Positions 42,276 to 51,786 of a DNA stretch of 64,000 nt are shown in pieces. Numbering within the stretch: position 1 is the first letter of the stretch; every line of letters starts with the position of its first letter. The translations under genes were made by a program, and so were the position numbers. Under the pieces are notes generated by a model, which was not told the DNA's origin, did no database searches, and was given only the letters and a program-made list of their open reading frames with translations. Source of the DNA: Naegleria gruberi. Its lineage: Eukaryota. The DNA lies in assembly GCA_000004985.1 (NCBI GenBank), contig GG738861.1; one strand, written 5' to 3'.

Positions 42276-44889
42276 TTACTTTTCTGTGGCCATATAGACT
42301 CCTGTCCAATTTTCAGGAGGCATTGGTAATTCACCACTCATATACATGCAACATCTTGACATCATTTCTTGAGATGGTCCATCATCTGGATACTCTTCAA
42401 GGAATATCTCAAATTCTTTTAGGGCTGTTTTAAAATCTCTCTTCCAATAATGGGTTTCTAGAATGGTTGCATAACGATCACACATTCTTTGTACTTCATC
42501 TCCAATTTCTAATCTTTGACCGACTGGAGAATAGATTCTTCTTCCAATTGCTTTTCCTTTAACAGCAACGCAGTCAATCAGTCTGCAAACAACTAATGTC
42601 TTTACCTTTTCATAACAAGTATCAGAGATAAGCATATTGGTTGAATAGAGCTTGTTAATTCCTTCTAATCTTGCAGCCAAATTCACAGTATCTCCAATGC
42701 AAGTGTATGAATATCTATAACTAGATCCAATATTTCCCACAAGGCAATCACCTAATTACATTTTGAAAGATTAGAACCACTAAATACTTACCAACACTTA
42801 TTCCAATTCTTGTATATAATTGAGGCAAGTTATGCTTGATAAATCTCTTGTTGAGAAGATTTAGCATTTTCTGAATATCAAGAGCTGACTTAACTGCCAA
42901 ATATTCATACTTTTCAATAGTATCTGGAGCATTGAATAGAACCATCAACGCATCACCTATTTTCAAATTATATTTAAATTATAGTATCTTAATAAACATA
43001 CCAATAAATTTGTCCAAAACTCCCTTATTTTTGTAAATGATGGTACAAGTCTTTTCAAAATAAATATTCAACATTTTGATAAGCACACCTGGTTCCAATT
43101 GTTCTGAAATAGTTGTAAATCCCTTAATATCACTGAAAAATATAGCCATTTTCTTGCTCCTTACACCTAGCTCAAAACTTGATTGATCCCCTTTCATAAA
43201 TGTGCTGACAATTTCCACTGGTACATATTTCATAAATCCCTTCATTACAGAGCTCATTCTTGAAAAGTGGTCCTGCAAAACAAAAACTTCATAAAATATA
43301 GAGTTTCTTCCTTGATCCTCAACCTTTTCCAAGTCCATATCTTGTTCTTGATCATTTCTATCAGATTCTGAAGCTCTAGAAGTAACTTCACTAATCAAAT
43401 CAGCGGTATCAATTTGAATATTTTGCAATTCCTCCATTTTCTTTCCCAGTTGTGTTAATGGACTGGTTACAAAATAAGAAATTATAATTCCCACCACCAA
43501 AGAAATAACTACCACCAAAGAATCTACTATTAACACAACATCTCTCAATGTATACACATTTCCCATGTAGTCGTCTATTGCAATGAAAATCATACACTTC
43601 CAATCCAAACCGTACTTGTCTTTAATGTCTACCACCTCTAATCTGTACTCTGCTCCATTGACGTAGAATTTTGTTAATGGAATTGAGACATTTACCAAAG
43701 AAGTTCCATATGTGTGAATCAATTCAGATCCAATCTTGGCAACAGTTGGGATACTACTTTCATTCAATCTCTTTTTTTGAATAAACCCTTCTGCCTCCAA
43801 ATCAAATATAAAAATTGTATCGTTCAATTTGGAAGTGGCAACAATAACCATATCCTTGCTTTGGACAACATAGATAAACGAGTTCTTACTAATTTCTAAA
43901 TTTTGATACAAAAATATAGAAACACTTGCAAGATCCATATCCACTGATATCAATACATTCATTTCAGGCTCCAGTGTTTTGGTGTACTTGTTTAAAACAA
44001 TATTACTTTCATTCTTGATTGGAAAATAGGAACTGACCCAATAAAAACCATCCTTATCACAATAGGCATCCCCCCATGTTATTTTACCTAGTATGTTTCC
44101 CTGCTTCCACCAATACAAATCGTCCAAGTGGTTCACATAATAATTGTCACAATAATCAACTGGATCAGGAACGACATCAGTCCTTGCATCAATACTAGTC
44201 ACCTCATAGGTTCCATTAACCCAACAACCATCTCGATAAACATCTATAGCTGGTAGCCCTCTATCAGACCAAAACAAGCCAATATAAAGGTCATCCTTTC
44301 TAGTATATGACACATATGAGACGTTATTCACCACAAATTGAGCAAAAAGTGTTGAATAAATCTTACTGTACTCGAACGGTACAATTTCCTCATTGTACAA
44401 ACTTCTTCCCACGCTCTCTGTAATTCTGAAAGGAGCTGCCATAAAATTGGAAATAAATTCTGATGCTGAAAATTTTAAATTAGAACCCATCACTTTGGTA
44501 AATTCCTCAATAGACTGTTGTTGTACAGAAAGTGTGATGGCAAAGATGGTGAGTGTTGAAATTAATGATAGCAAAACAATACTAAGGGAAAAGCAGCATT
44601 TGATGGAGAGAATCTTTTTCAAAGATTTTGCTACATCCCTATGATTATCATGAAGCTCCACTTTTACCTCTTCCTTATCAATCTTGGAATCGGCTGTTTT
44701 CAACACTTGATTTTTACTAGTAAATATTTCCTCAACAGAATCCCGCATATTCACTCCATGAGCCAAATGCCCTTGTGAATCCTCTTGACGAGTTCTCTGC
44801 CAGGAGGATCTTGAATTCGTTAAATTTTCCTTCCTTACAACTTCTAGAGATTCATTGGAGGGAGAGGGTGTAATTTTACTCATTCCCAT
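42276..44889 (-). CDS. Receptor-type class III adenylyl/guanylyl cyclase: TM helix, ~330-aa extracytoplasmic domain, TM helix, cyclase homology domain. Three exons at about 43002..44889, 42792..42956 and 42276..42751.
   Basis: TM1 is CCFSLSIVLLSLISTLTIFAITL. TM2 is VVLIVDSLVVVISLVVGIIISYFV. The cyclase domain is ...MAIFFSDIKGFTTISEQLEPGVLIKMLNIYFEKTCTIIYKNKGVLDKFIG then an intron, DALMVLFNAPD...YTRIGISVG then an intron, DCLVGNIGSSYRYSYTCIGDTVNLAARLEGINK.... The metal-binding D...D residues and the transition-state N/R are in context. Both introns run GTATGT or GTAAGT to AG and keep the conserved motifs contiguous. Confidence 0.8.
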
Positions 44890-45363
44890 ACTATGTGGTT
44901 ATAATGTTGCCAATTTTTTTGAACTTGTCGCATCTCTCTGCTGCAGACAAGACTCAATCCATGTAATCAATAAGGAGGGCAAAGCTTAATAAAATATTGC
45001 GCTCTTAATTTACGGTGTAGAAAGCAGTTAATCATTGATTCTTTTGTAAACATATAACCACTAAAGTACTATTCATTGTAAAAATGATATTATTAATGTA
45101 TTTTCACTTAATACAAATGAACACTGTTGCCAATTGCATCTGAACGGATCATAAAATTTCTTCTGGGATTGTTATGCGTTATTGAACAAAACACTGCTGT
45201 AAAGTGGACTGATTTGGCGCCAAAATTTAAAACTTTTAAAAAGAAAAATGCAAAACTCTTACTAGAACATTATTCATCATCTCTTCAAAGTTATCGTCAT
45301 CAAATTGTAATCAAAATATTATTCTCTTTCTTTGAAATATATAATTGTATAAGAACATATTAT

Positions 45364-48300
45364 ATGAATCAAACTAAAAGGCCAGCTAGTGCTGGAGTGA
45401 CCAGAAAGACTTTTGCTCCGGAACCTGTGTTGTTCTATCCTAACTTTAAATCAACTACAGAAATACCTAAAGAACTATCCGATGAGGCAGTTATTAAATA
45501 TAATAGCAGACCAGCATCTGCTAGTTGTGTAAATAGAATTTTCAAAAAGGATAGTATGAAACAGTCCAAAGAAATTGATAAAACTAAGTGCTTCCTAAGA
45601 ATTTCAACATCTCCACTACCCTATGCAAGATCACCCTCTCCCTCACCATCAAGTAAAATTGTGGCAAGTAATAAGAATATAACTAATTCTAGGCCTACAT
45701 CAGCCTCTAGGTCAGCAGTTTCAATAGCCAAGAGCAGCAGTACTTTCAAAATAGGGCTATCAAATGAAAATTTTAGAGAAATAATTGAAAAAAACATGTT
45801 GGAACAAAAGAAAGGGAGACCCCCTTTTCAAAAAACATTTACAACACAACTAGGACAGGAATCAGATGATGAAAATGAAGATAACAAATCTAGACAAGAA
45901 TATAGCGGAGATTTGAAACATAAAAATCCTAGACCAAGATCGGCAGTAGTACAAAGTGCAAGGCCATGGTCTTCATCTACTTCCTCATCAATGCGATATT
46001 CAAAAAAAAGTAGAGTTACTGAAACACCAAGATTTGCTGGAAGTCTACAGAATGAGAAATCAGAGAAACCCATTGTATCTGCATCCCAACCTAAATTTAG
46101 TAGAGTTTCTGAGCTGACCTCCCCTCATGGCCTTTCTCGCACCTCGCTTCCCACATCGGAAAGTATTGAAAAGAAGGTCGCCAATACTCCCAGAAAGTAT
46201 AGTAATCTCAAACCTACACAACAGTACAGCTCCTCATCATCGTTTGATAGTTCTGCTAGTATGAAAAAGTCTACATCTACATCCTCTGTAAAAAATCCCT
46301 CTCAATCCAATACTGCAAGTAATAGAACCACCCCTTGTATTGAAGAAGCTAGCGACTCTGATTCTGAAGAATTGGATATTAAACCATATGAAGTAGACTT
46401 GAGTGAATTGAAAATTGATACTACCAAAAAGAAAGCTGAAGAAAAGAAACCAACCCTATCACGAACAGGAAGCTTTGTTTCCAGTAGAAGCAGTACCCCA
46501 TCGAGTACCCCAACAAACTTTAATGCTACAACGAGTCAATTGAATATAACTGTAGCCCTCAATGAAAAATCCCAACCTAGCTCCAAAACAACGACACCTC
46601 AAAACAAACAAACTCCATCTTCATCCAGTAATAGAAGACAGAGTGTTTTTAAATCATCTGCACAATTCTCATCGGAAACATTCGGCTTAGGGGAGGAGTT
46701 TGAGTCAGCCCTAATGGACTCTACTGCTGTCCTTAAAACCCACATTCTCGCCCTTCCTAAAACTAAAAATCAGTTACAGAGAAGTCCTTCTAGCAAAAAG
46801 ATGGGAATTCATTCCTCACCACAGATTAGAAATGACTTTTTATTGTCTCGAAACAAGTTTAACACAACCAGTTTTGCAAAAGCAGCAGAAAGGCAAAACA
46901 AGGCGTTTACCAATCTGATCAAATCAGATAAGCAGAAAAATAACCAACTTGAGGTGGAAGAAATTCAAGAAACGGTAACCTCCATAAATCTGATGGAAAA
47001 GGAAATTGTCTACTCAACGATAGATATTCCTATCACATTCCATGAAGATGAAAATATACGAATAGATCTTAACATTCCAATAATTGACACTAAGGGAGGC
47101 TCTGATCAAAAACCAAAAGAAAAATTAACAGATTCTAAAACCTTCCAATTCAGTAATATCACAAAATCCATCAATCAAGTTATGGACAGTTGGGGTAATA
47201 ATATTCAAACTAGTCAAGAGAAACAAATATATGATTCAGTTATCAATGATGCTCAGGCCATTGAAAAAATGGCTGATTTAAAACAATCAGTCGAACTCAT
47301 TAGTGGCTACGGATCTAAGGCTGCAATGAAAACTGCAAAGAAAAACAGTGAAGAAATTTCAAGATATATTATAGAACAAAATCCATCGTTTTTTGGTTTC
47401 GAAGTTAGTAAAACTTTTTTGGAAGATTTTACTCAAAAAAAGCAGGTTGAAACAGAAGATGATATCATCAATATAATTAAGAATTTTAAGCAAGATATTA
47501 CACAGACTAAGAATGATACCAAATCTAGTGATTCTGAAGAGGAAGCTCATTTTTCTAAAAAAGCTGCTGAGCACAGACCACTTACACTAGGAAAGGAAAA
47601 GAGACGAAAAATCAACCAAAAGATTCTTGATGAAAGGATTGCAGAAATTAAAAAATACTCTTGGAAGTATACAGAGCTAGAGAATAGAGTAAAGGAAATT
47701 AAGAAGGAGATGAAGGAAAAGGAAAAGAAACTAAATATCCAAGATCATATCAAGTTAAATACTGCCAGGCAATCATTCGAGTCAATACAATCAAAGAAGG
47801 ACTGTGTAAAAGATAAATTCGCAGACAGAAGAGAAAGAGCCCTGGTCACTTTTCAAGAACAAGAGAAGAAACGGTTTGAAATACTTGAAACCAAATTTGA
47901 AGAAAAGGAAAAAAGGAGACAAAATGCAACAAGTGAGAAAATGTCCAAACTTTACAAACAGAAAATGTGGAAACTGCAAAAGACTTGGTTTCCTATTATC
48001 AAATTCTCTCTATTTATTACCCAGCTAAGCGAACCAATGCTCAAAGCAAGACAAGTCAGAAAACACAATGCAGACGTGGAATGGGCCCACTGCATTATGA
48101 AAAAGAGACTCTTGCCTTACATTCTTAAAAGAAGGGAGCAGAGACAAAAAGCTGCTCTCGAAGTTATTCGTAAAAATTGGCTTATCTATGTCATTAACTT
48201 TAGGGTTAGACGGAGGAAACGTGCTGCCAACCTTATTGAAAGATTTATTAATGACATCAACAAGACGAGTAGAATTGTTAGAGCTGTATCCAGATTCGTT

Positions 48301-49395
48301 ACAGCAGTCAAGAGAGTTCAAAGATTTATTAAGCACTTTTTGTTTAAGAGAAGAATACATTTGTACATTCTTAATGAACAGTACAAGCGATGTGAGAGAG
48401 ACCTTATTAAGAGCATAGCTAAGGAAGATTTCCAAGAAGTGAGATTTAAAATTGTTGATGTCTTGAAAAAGATGAAGGAAACAGCATTCTTTGAAGAACC
48501 AGTAAATGCCACAGAAACCAGAGCTATTCAAAGAAAACAAAATGCCTCTCCCACACATAATGCCAACAGTGGATTTTCAGATGATACAAGTGGCGTAAGG
48601 AGAACCAAATTAGCCATTACAGAAGCAAAGAAGAATCTCAAAGCTGTTCAAAAGTTTGTAATGGATGAATTGAGAGACTCCTCTACTTCAAAATCCGAAA
48701 CAAAGAGTAATTCCCCTCGAGGAAGAAAATTCTCATTCCTCTCAACTGTAGATTCCGTCCTCAAAGGAAGTGATAAATGGAACAAGGGATTGGATGATTT
48801 CCCATATTTAATACATATCATAGAACAAGGATCACTGAAAAGTGATATAATTTTAAAAGTTGGTAGAATGTTAAGAATAACTCCAAGAAAGAGAGCAACA
48901 AAGACTAAAGATGAAATTAGAATGAAGATTGTTAGAGAAGATCTTGCACGTAGAATGAATCAAATCCAAGTTGAAGAAAAAGAAAATGAAAAAAGACAAG
49001 AAAGAAATGTTATTGCTCTTAATGAACAAAATAAGAAATTTACAGAAATTCACAAAAGATCTGTACTTAATGCAGACATAACCAACCAAATCATTGCCAA
49101 ACAAATAGACATCATTGAGGAAGAGGAAGAAATTGAAAGAGCAAAAATAGAGCTCCAAAAGAAAAAATCTGTTACTTTCATTCCTGCTTTTTATATGGAA
49201 AATCTAGTTAGAAAAGGTCTTGAACTGACACTTCGAGAAGACAGTGGAAATCCACTAATAGAAACATCCTCAAGATCTCCAAAAAAGAAATCCACTAAGG
49301 TACGATCAAGAAGATCATCTATTAAAGACTCACTCGCAGAAGAAAGAGAGAATGATTTCCTTGAATATGAAAAACTTTTACAAGACCTTCAATAA
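45364..49395 (+). CDS. Large protein of ~1340 aa. The Ser/Thr/Pro-rich N-terminal half is low-complexity. The C-terminal half is coiled coil with IQ-like basic helices.
   Basis: The ORF-track segment 45127..49395 starts at a TTG. The first in-frame ATG is MNQTKRPASAGVT at about 45364. The N-terminal half is SSSTSS/TPSS-rich. The C-terminal half is K/E/R-rich coiled coil with IQ-like motifs (...IRKNWLIYVINFRVRRRKRAANLIERFINDINK...VQRFIKHFLFKRRIHL...). Confidence 0.45.
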   Translation: MNQTKRPASAGVTRKTFAPEPVLFYPNFKSTTEIPKELSDEAVIKYNSRPASASCVNRIFKKDSMKQSKEIDKTKCFLRISTSPLPYARSPSPSPSSKIVASNKNITNSRPTSASRSAVSIAKSSSTFKIGLSNENFREIIEKNMLEQKKGRPPFQKTFTTQLGQESDDENEDNKSRQEYSGDLKHKNPRPRSAVVQSARPWSSSTSSSMRYSKKSRVTETPRFAGSLQNEKSEKPIVSASQPKFSRVSELTSPHGLSRTSLPTSESIEKKVANTPRKYSNLKPTQQYSSSSSFDSSASMKKSTSTSSVKNPSQSNTASNRTTPCIEEASDSDSEELDIKPYEVDLSELKIDTTKKKAEEKKPTLSRTGSFVSSRSSTPSSTPTNFNATTSQLNITVALNEKSQPSSKTTTPQNKQTPSSSSNRRQSVFKSSAQFSSETFGLGEEFESALMDSTAVLKTHILALPKTKNQLQRSPSSKKMGIHSSPQIRNDFLLSRNKFNTTSFAKAAERQNKAFTNLIKSDKQKNNQLEVEEIQETVTSINLMEKEIVYSTIDIPITFHEDENIRIDLNIPIIDTKGGSDQKPKEKLTDSKTFQFSNITKSINQVMDSWGNNIQTSQEKQIYDSVINDAQAIEKMADLKQSVELISGYGSKAAMKTAKKNSEEISRYIIEQNPSFFGFEVSKTFLEDFTQKKQVETEDDIINIIKNFKQDITQTKNDTKSSDSEEEAHFSKKAAEHRPLTLGKEKRRKINQKILDERIAEIKKYSWKYTELENRVKEIKKEMKEKEKKLNIQDHIKLNTARQSFESIQSKKDCVKDKFADRRERALVTFQEQEKKRFEILETKFEEKEKRRQNATSEKMSKLYKQKMWKLQKTWFPIIKFSLFITQLSEPMLKARQVRKHNADVEWAHCIMKKRLLPYILKRREQRQKAALEVIRKNWLIYVINFRVRRRKRAANLIERFINDINKTSRIVRAVSRFVTAVKRVQRFIKHFLFKRRIHLYILNEQYKRCERDLIKSIAKEDFQEVRFKIVDVLKKMKETAFFEEPVNATETRAIQRKQNASPTHNANSGFSDDTSGVRRTKLAITEAKKNLKAVQKFVMDELRDSSTSKSETKSNSPRGRKFSFLSTVDSVLKGSDKWNKGLDDFPYLIHIIEQGSLKSDIILKVGRMLRITPRKRATKTKDEIRMKIVREDLARRMNQIQVEEKENEKRQERNVIALNEQNKKFTEIHKRSVLNADITNQIIAKQIDIIEEEEEIERAKIELQKKKSVTFIPAFYMENLVRKGLELTLREDSGNPLIETSSRSPKKKSTKVRSRRSSIKDSLAEERENDFLEYEKLLQDLQ

Positions 49396-49707
49396 AGAAC
49401 TACCAGTTTTCAAAAAGATTCTCGACTTGATATTTTCCACAAAATGTCAACTGAGTCAGAAATGAGTTTTAGATTGTTCTCAGTTGAAGATTCCCTCATC
49501 TCATAGTCTCTATTATTTAAACTTTACAATTTAATATTACGTTTCAACCACACAATATAGGAATGTAAAGTTTTTGTGGATAATGCTTAAATGTCAACAG
49601 ACATGTGAACTCGTCACCCACAAAACTTTGGAAAATATTATTTAAAAAAATCTCAAATTTCTTCGTGCCATTTCTTCCCCACCAATTAACAATACAACCA
49701 CATCATC

Positions 49708-51778
49708 ATGAAGAAGGTTCGTTTATTTTCATAATCCACAACAATGATGTATTCTGGAAATTATAGTTTTTCAGCTCTCGTGCCTCCAAATCAGTAAATA
49801 TTGAAGATGTACCATTAAAGAATTGGACTAGCGATAACTTTAAACAATGGCTCACCGATGAAGGCTATGAAAAGAAGAATGTTGTTACACGTATGTTTTT
49901 ATCTATTTTACATTGTCTCTAAATCATAAATGGACACTTTGAATCATCATGTGGTGATGAATAACTTACCGATCATCAATTTGTGTGATGATGTTTGATG
50001 AATAATAACAACAACATAATGAAATACAAATGTCGTGATATTAACAATTAACAATTAACAACAACAACAACATTTGAAAAAACAATTTTATTATTATTAT
50101 TATATTATTTAATATATATTTACATACGCTTGGTTTATTATTATTATTATTATACAATTAAAACAGCACTGGCCAAACAACAATTTGATGGTGCTGCACT
50201 GATGCACATCAAAGTGGAAGATTTTACTGATAGTGGTATTCCTAAAGGAAGTGCACTCTCAATCTTTAACAAAATTGAAGAGTTAAAGATCAAACAAATT
50301 CAAACAGGACTTCTCCAAGATTCCGTTGTACAATTACCATCCATGGCTACCACATCAACAACTGGCCAACCACAAACAAATAGACCACTCCCAACAACTC
50401 CAACCACAAATGCTCCTTCTTCAAAACCACCATCCTATGATGATGATGAAGTTGGAGATTCTCCAGTCGATCCAAATAGCAAATATAATGAAATTCTTTC
50501 TAAACCAAATCAAAAGACAGATGAAGAAGAGGAAGATGATAAAGAACTTGCACGTGATTTGGAAGATCGTCCAACAACAGGTATCAATATGGGTACTACA
50601 TCAGGAGCAAGTAATTTTGGAAGTAAGAGTGCTTCAACTGGTATTCAATCATTTAATCAAGTACCTGAAGCACCATTGTGGAGTATTAACGAATTTTCTG
50701 CTAATCAAAAGACAAGTAAGTTTCAAAATTGAAATATTATTGGTTGACTAGTGACGTAGACTTTGAATTCTGTCTCACCAAGTTGGATAATCTGAAAGCA
50801 CAATATGATACTAACATTATTAGTACTATTTGTCAAAATTTGACCTTCCCAGAAAGATTCCGTTACAAGTATCTTAATCCACAACGTTTGCCAATCTATG
50901 CAAATCAAAGAGCAAAGGATCAACCATTTATGAAGGTTAAGATGGTTGTCACTGAAATGGGTGACGGTGCTGCTCACCGTTTCGTCAGAAGATTCGGCTC
51001 TTTATTCAAGCACTCAACAATTCAACAAATGGAATACGGAATGTTCCACACTGCTTTAATTATTGGACCTTGGTATTTGGAATGGGGTGATTCATCTATT
51101 GCCGTTGTTAGAAGTAAATCTAGTTCCAAGGCTGTTTTTGCAGTTGATGTTGCTAAGGTTATGGGATTGGAAAATGTTGCTAAATCTATTGATAAGATTG
51201 CTTCTATTTGTGCTCACTGGAATGCTCACAAGACTTATGATAACAAGGCCTGTAACTGTCAACACTTTGTCAGTGCTGTTCTTGAATATCTTGGCCTCAG
51301 AGCTGAATTTGAAAAGAATATTAAGGGTCCATTGCGTGTATACATGGATCGTCTGAAGAATGATGGTGTCTGTGATATGAGATATCATCTCGAACCAACT
51401 ATTCAAGATGCCATTATTAACAGCGATTGTAGTGAAGAATTGAAAAAGTTCGTGGCAGGTAAATCAGTTACTTTCAAGACTCACAAAATGTTGGACGAAT
51501 TTGTACATACTATTCAAAAGTGCAAACCACTCTACTTTGATGCCAATGGTAAATATGATTACATGTTACTCAAGTCATTCGATAGAGCTTTCTGGTTGCG
51601 TGCTCAATCATCGAAGGAGGCCGAAAATCCAGATGTTAAACCTTGGACTGCTGATAATGGTGATTGTTTGTGTCCTTTCAATGGAAGTGTTGATACAGAA
51701 ATTAATAACAGTATTGTTGGTAAGGATTACGAAGTCGAAGATGTAAGAATTCCACTCCCAGTCTTTAGAAAGAAATAA
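49708..51778 (+). CDS. Predicted fusion of a SAM domain with a DeSI/PPPDE-like (DUF862) cysteine peptidase domain. About four exons at ~49708..49716, ~49774..49890, ~50167..50715 and ~50853..51778. If exons 3 and 4 are not joined, these are two genes (49708..50732 and about 50930..51778).
   Basis: Exons 2 and 3 encode a SAM domain: WTSDNFKQWLTDEGYEKKNVVT, then an intron, then LAKQQFDGAALMHIKVEDFTDSGIPKGSALSIFNKIEELK. A Pro/Thr-rich linker follows. A GTAAGT donor at ~50716 pairs with a ...tttgaccttcccag acceptor at ~50852. There is a gatactaacat branch-point-like sequence about 37 nt upstream. This joins frame 0 to the frame-2 ORF exactly: ...NQKT-K-RFRYKYLNPQRL.... The downstream domain has MEYGMFHTALIIGPWYLEWGDSSIAVV (His region) and YDNKACNCQHFVSAVLEYLGL (NCxHF Cys region), typical of the PPPDE/DeSI permuted papain fold. 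Confidence 0.5.
50059..50152. repeat. Cluster of simple repeats, (AAC)n and two (TTA)n tracts, inside the long second intron of the SAM-domain gene.
   Basis: ...caacaacaacaacat... and ...ttttattattattattat...ggtttattattattattattatac... read directly from the sequence. Confidence 0.65.
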
Positions 51779-51786
51779 ATTATTTA

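Noticed and set aside
42748-42966. ORF-track peptide tails that extend past the real exon ends, for example ...KYLVVLIFQNVIR in the cyclase, ...FNYIVSI in MetAP1 and ...GMFIKIL.
   Set aside because: These residues come from reading through GTAAGT or GTATGT donors into introns. The spliced products restore conserved motifs (GDALMVLF, DCLVGNIGS, IENGAYPSPL).
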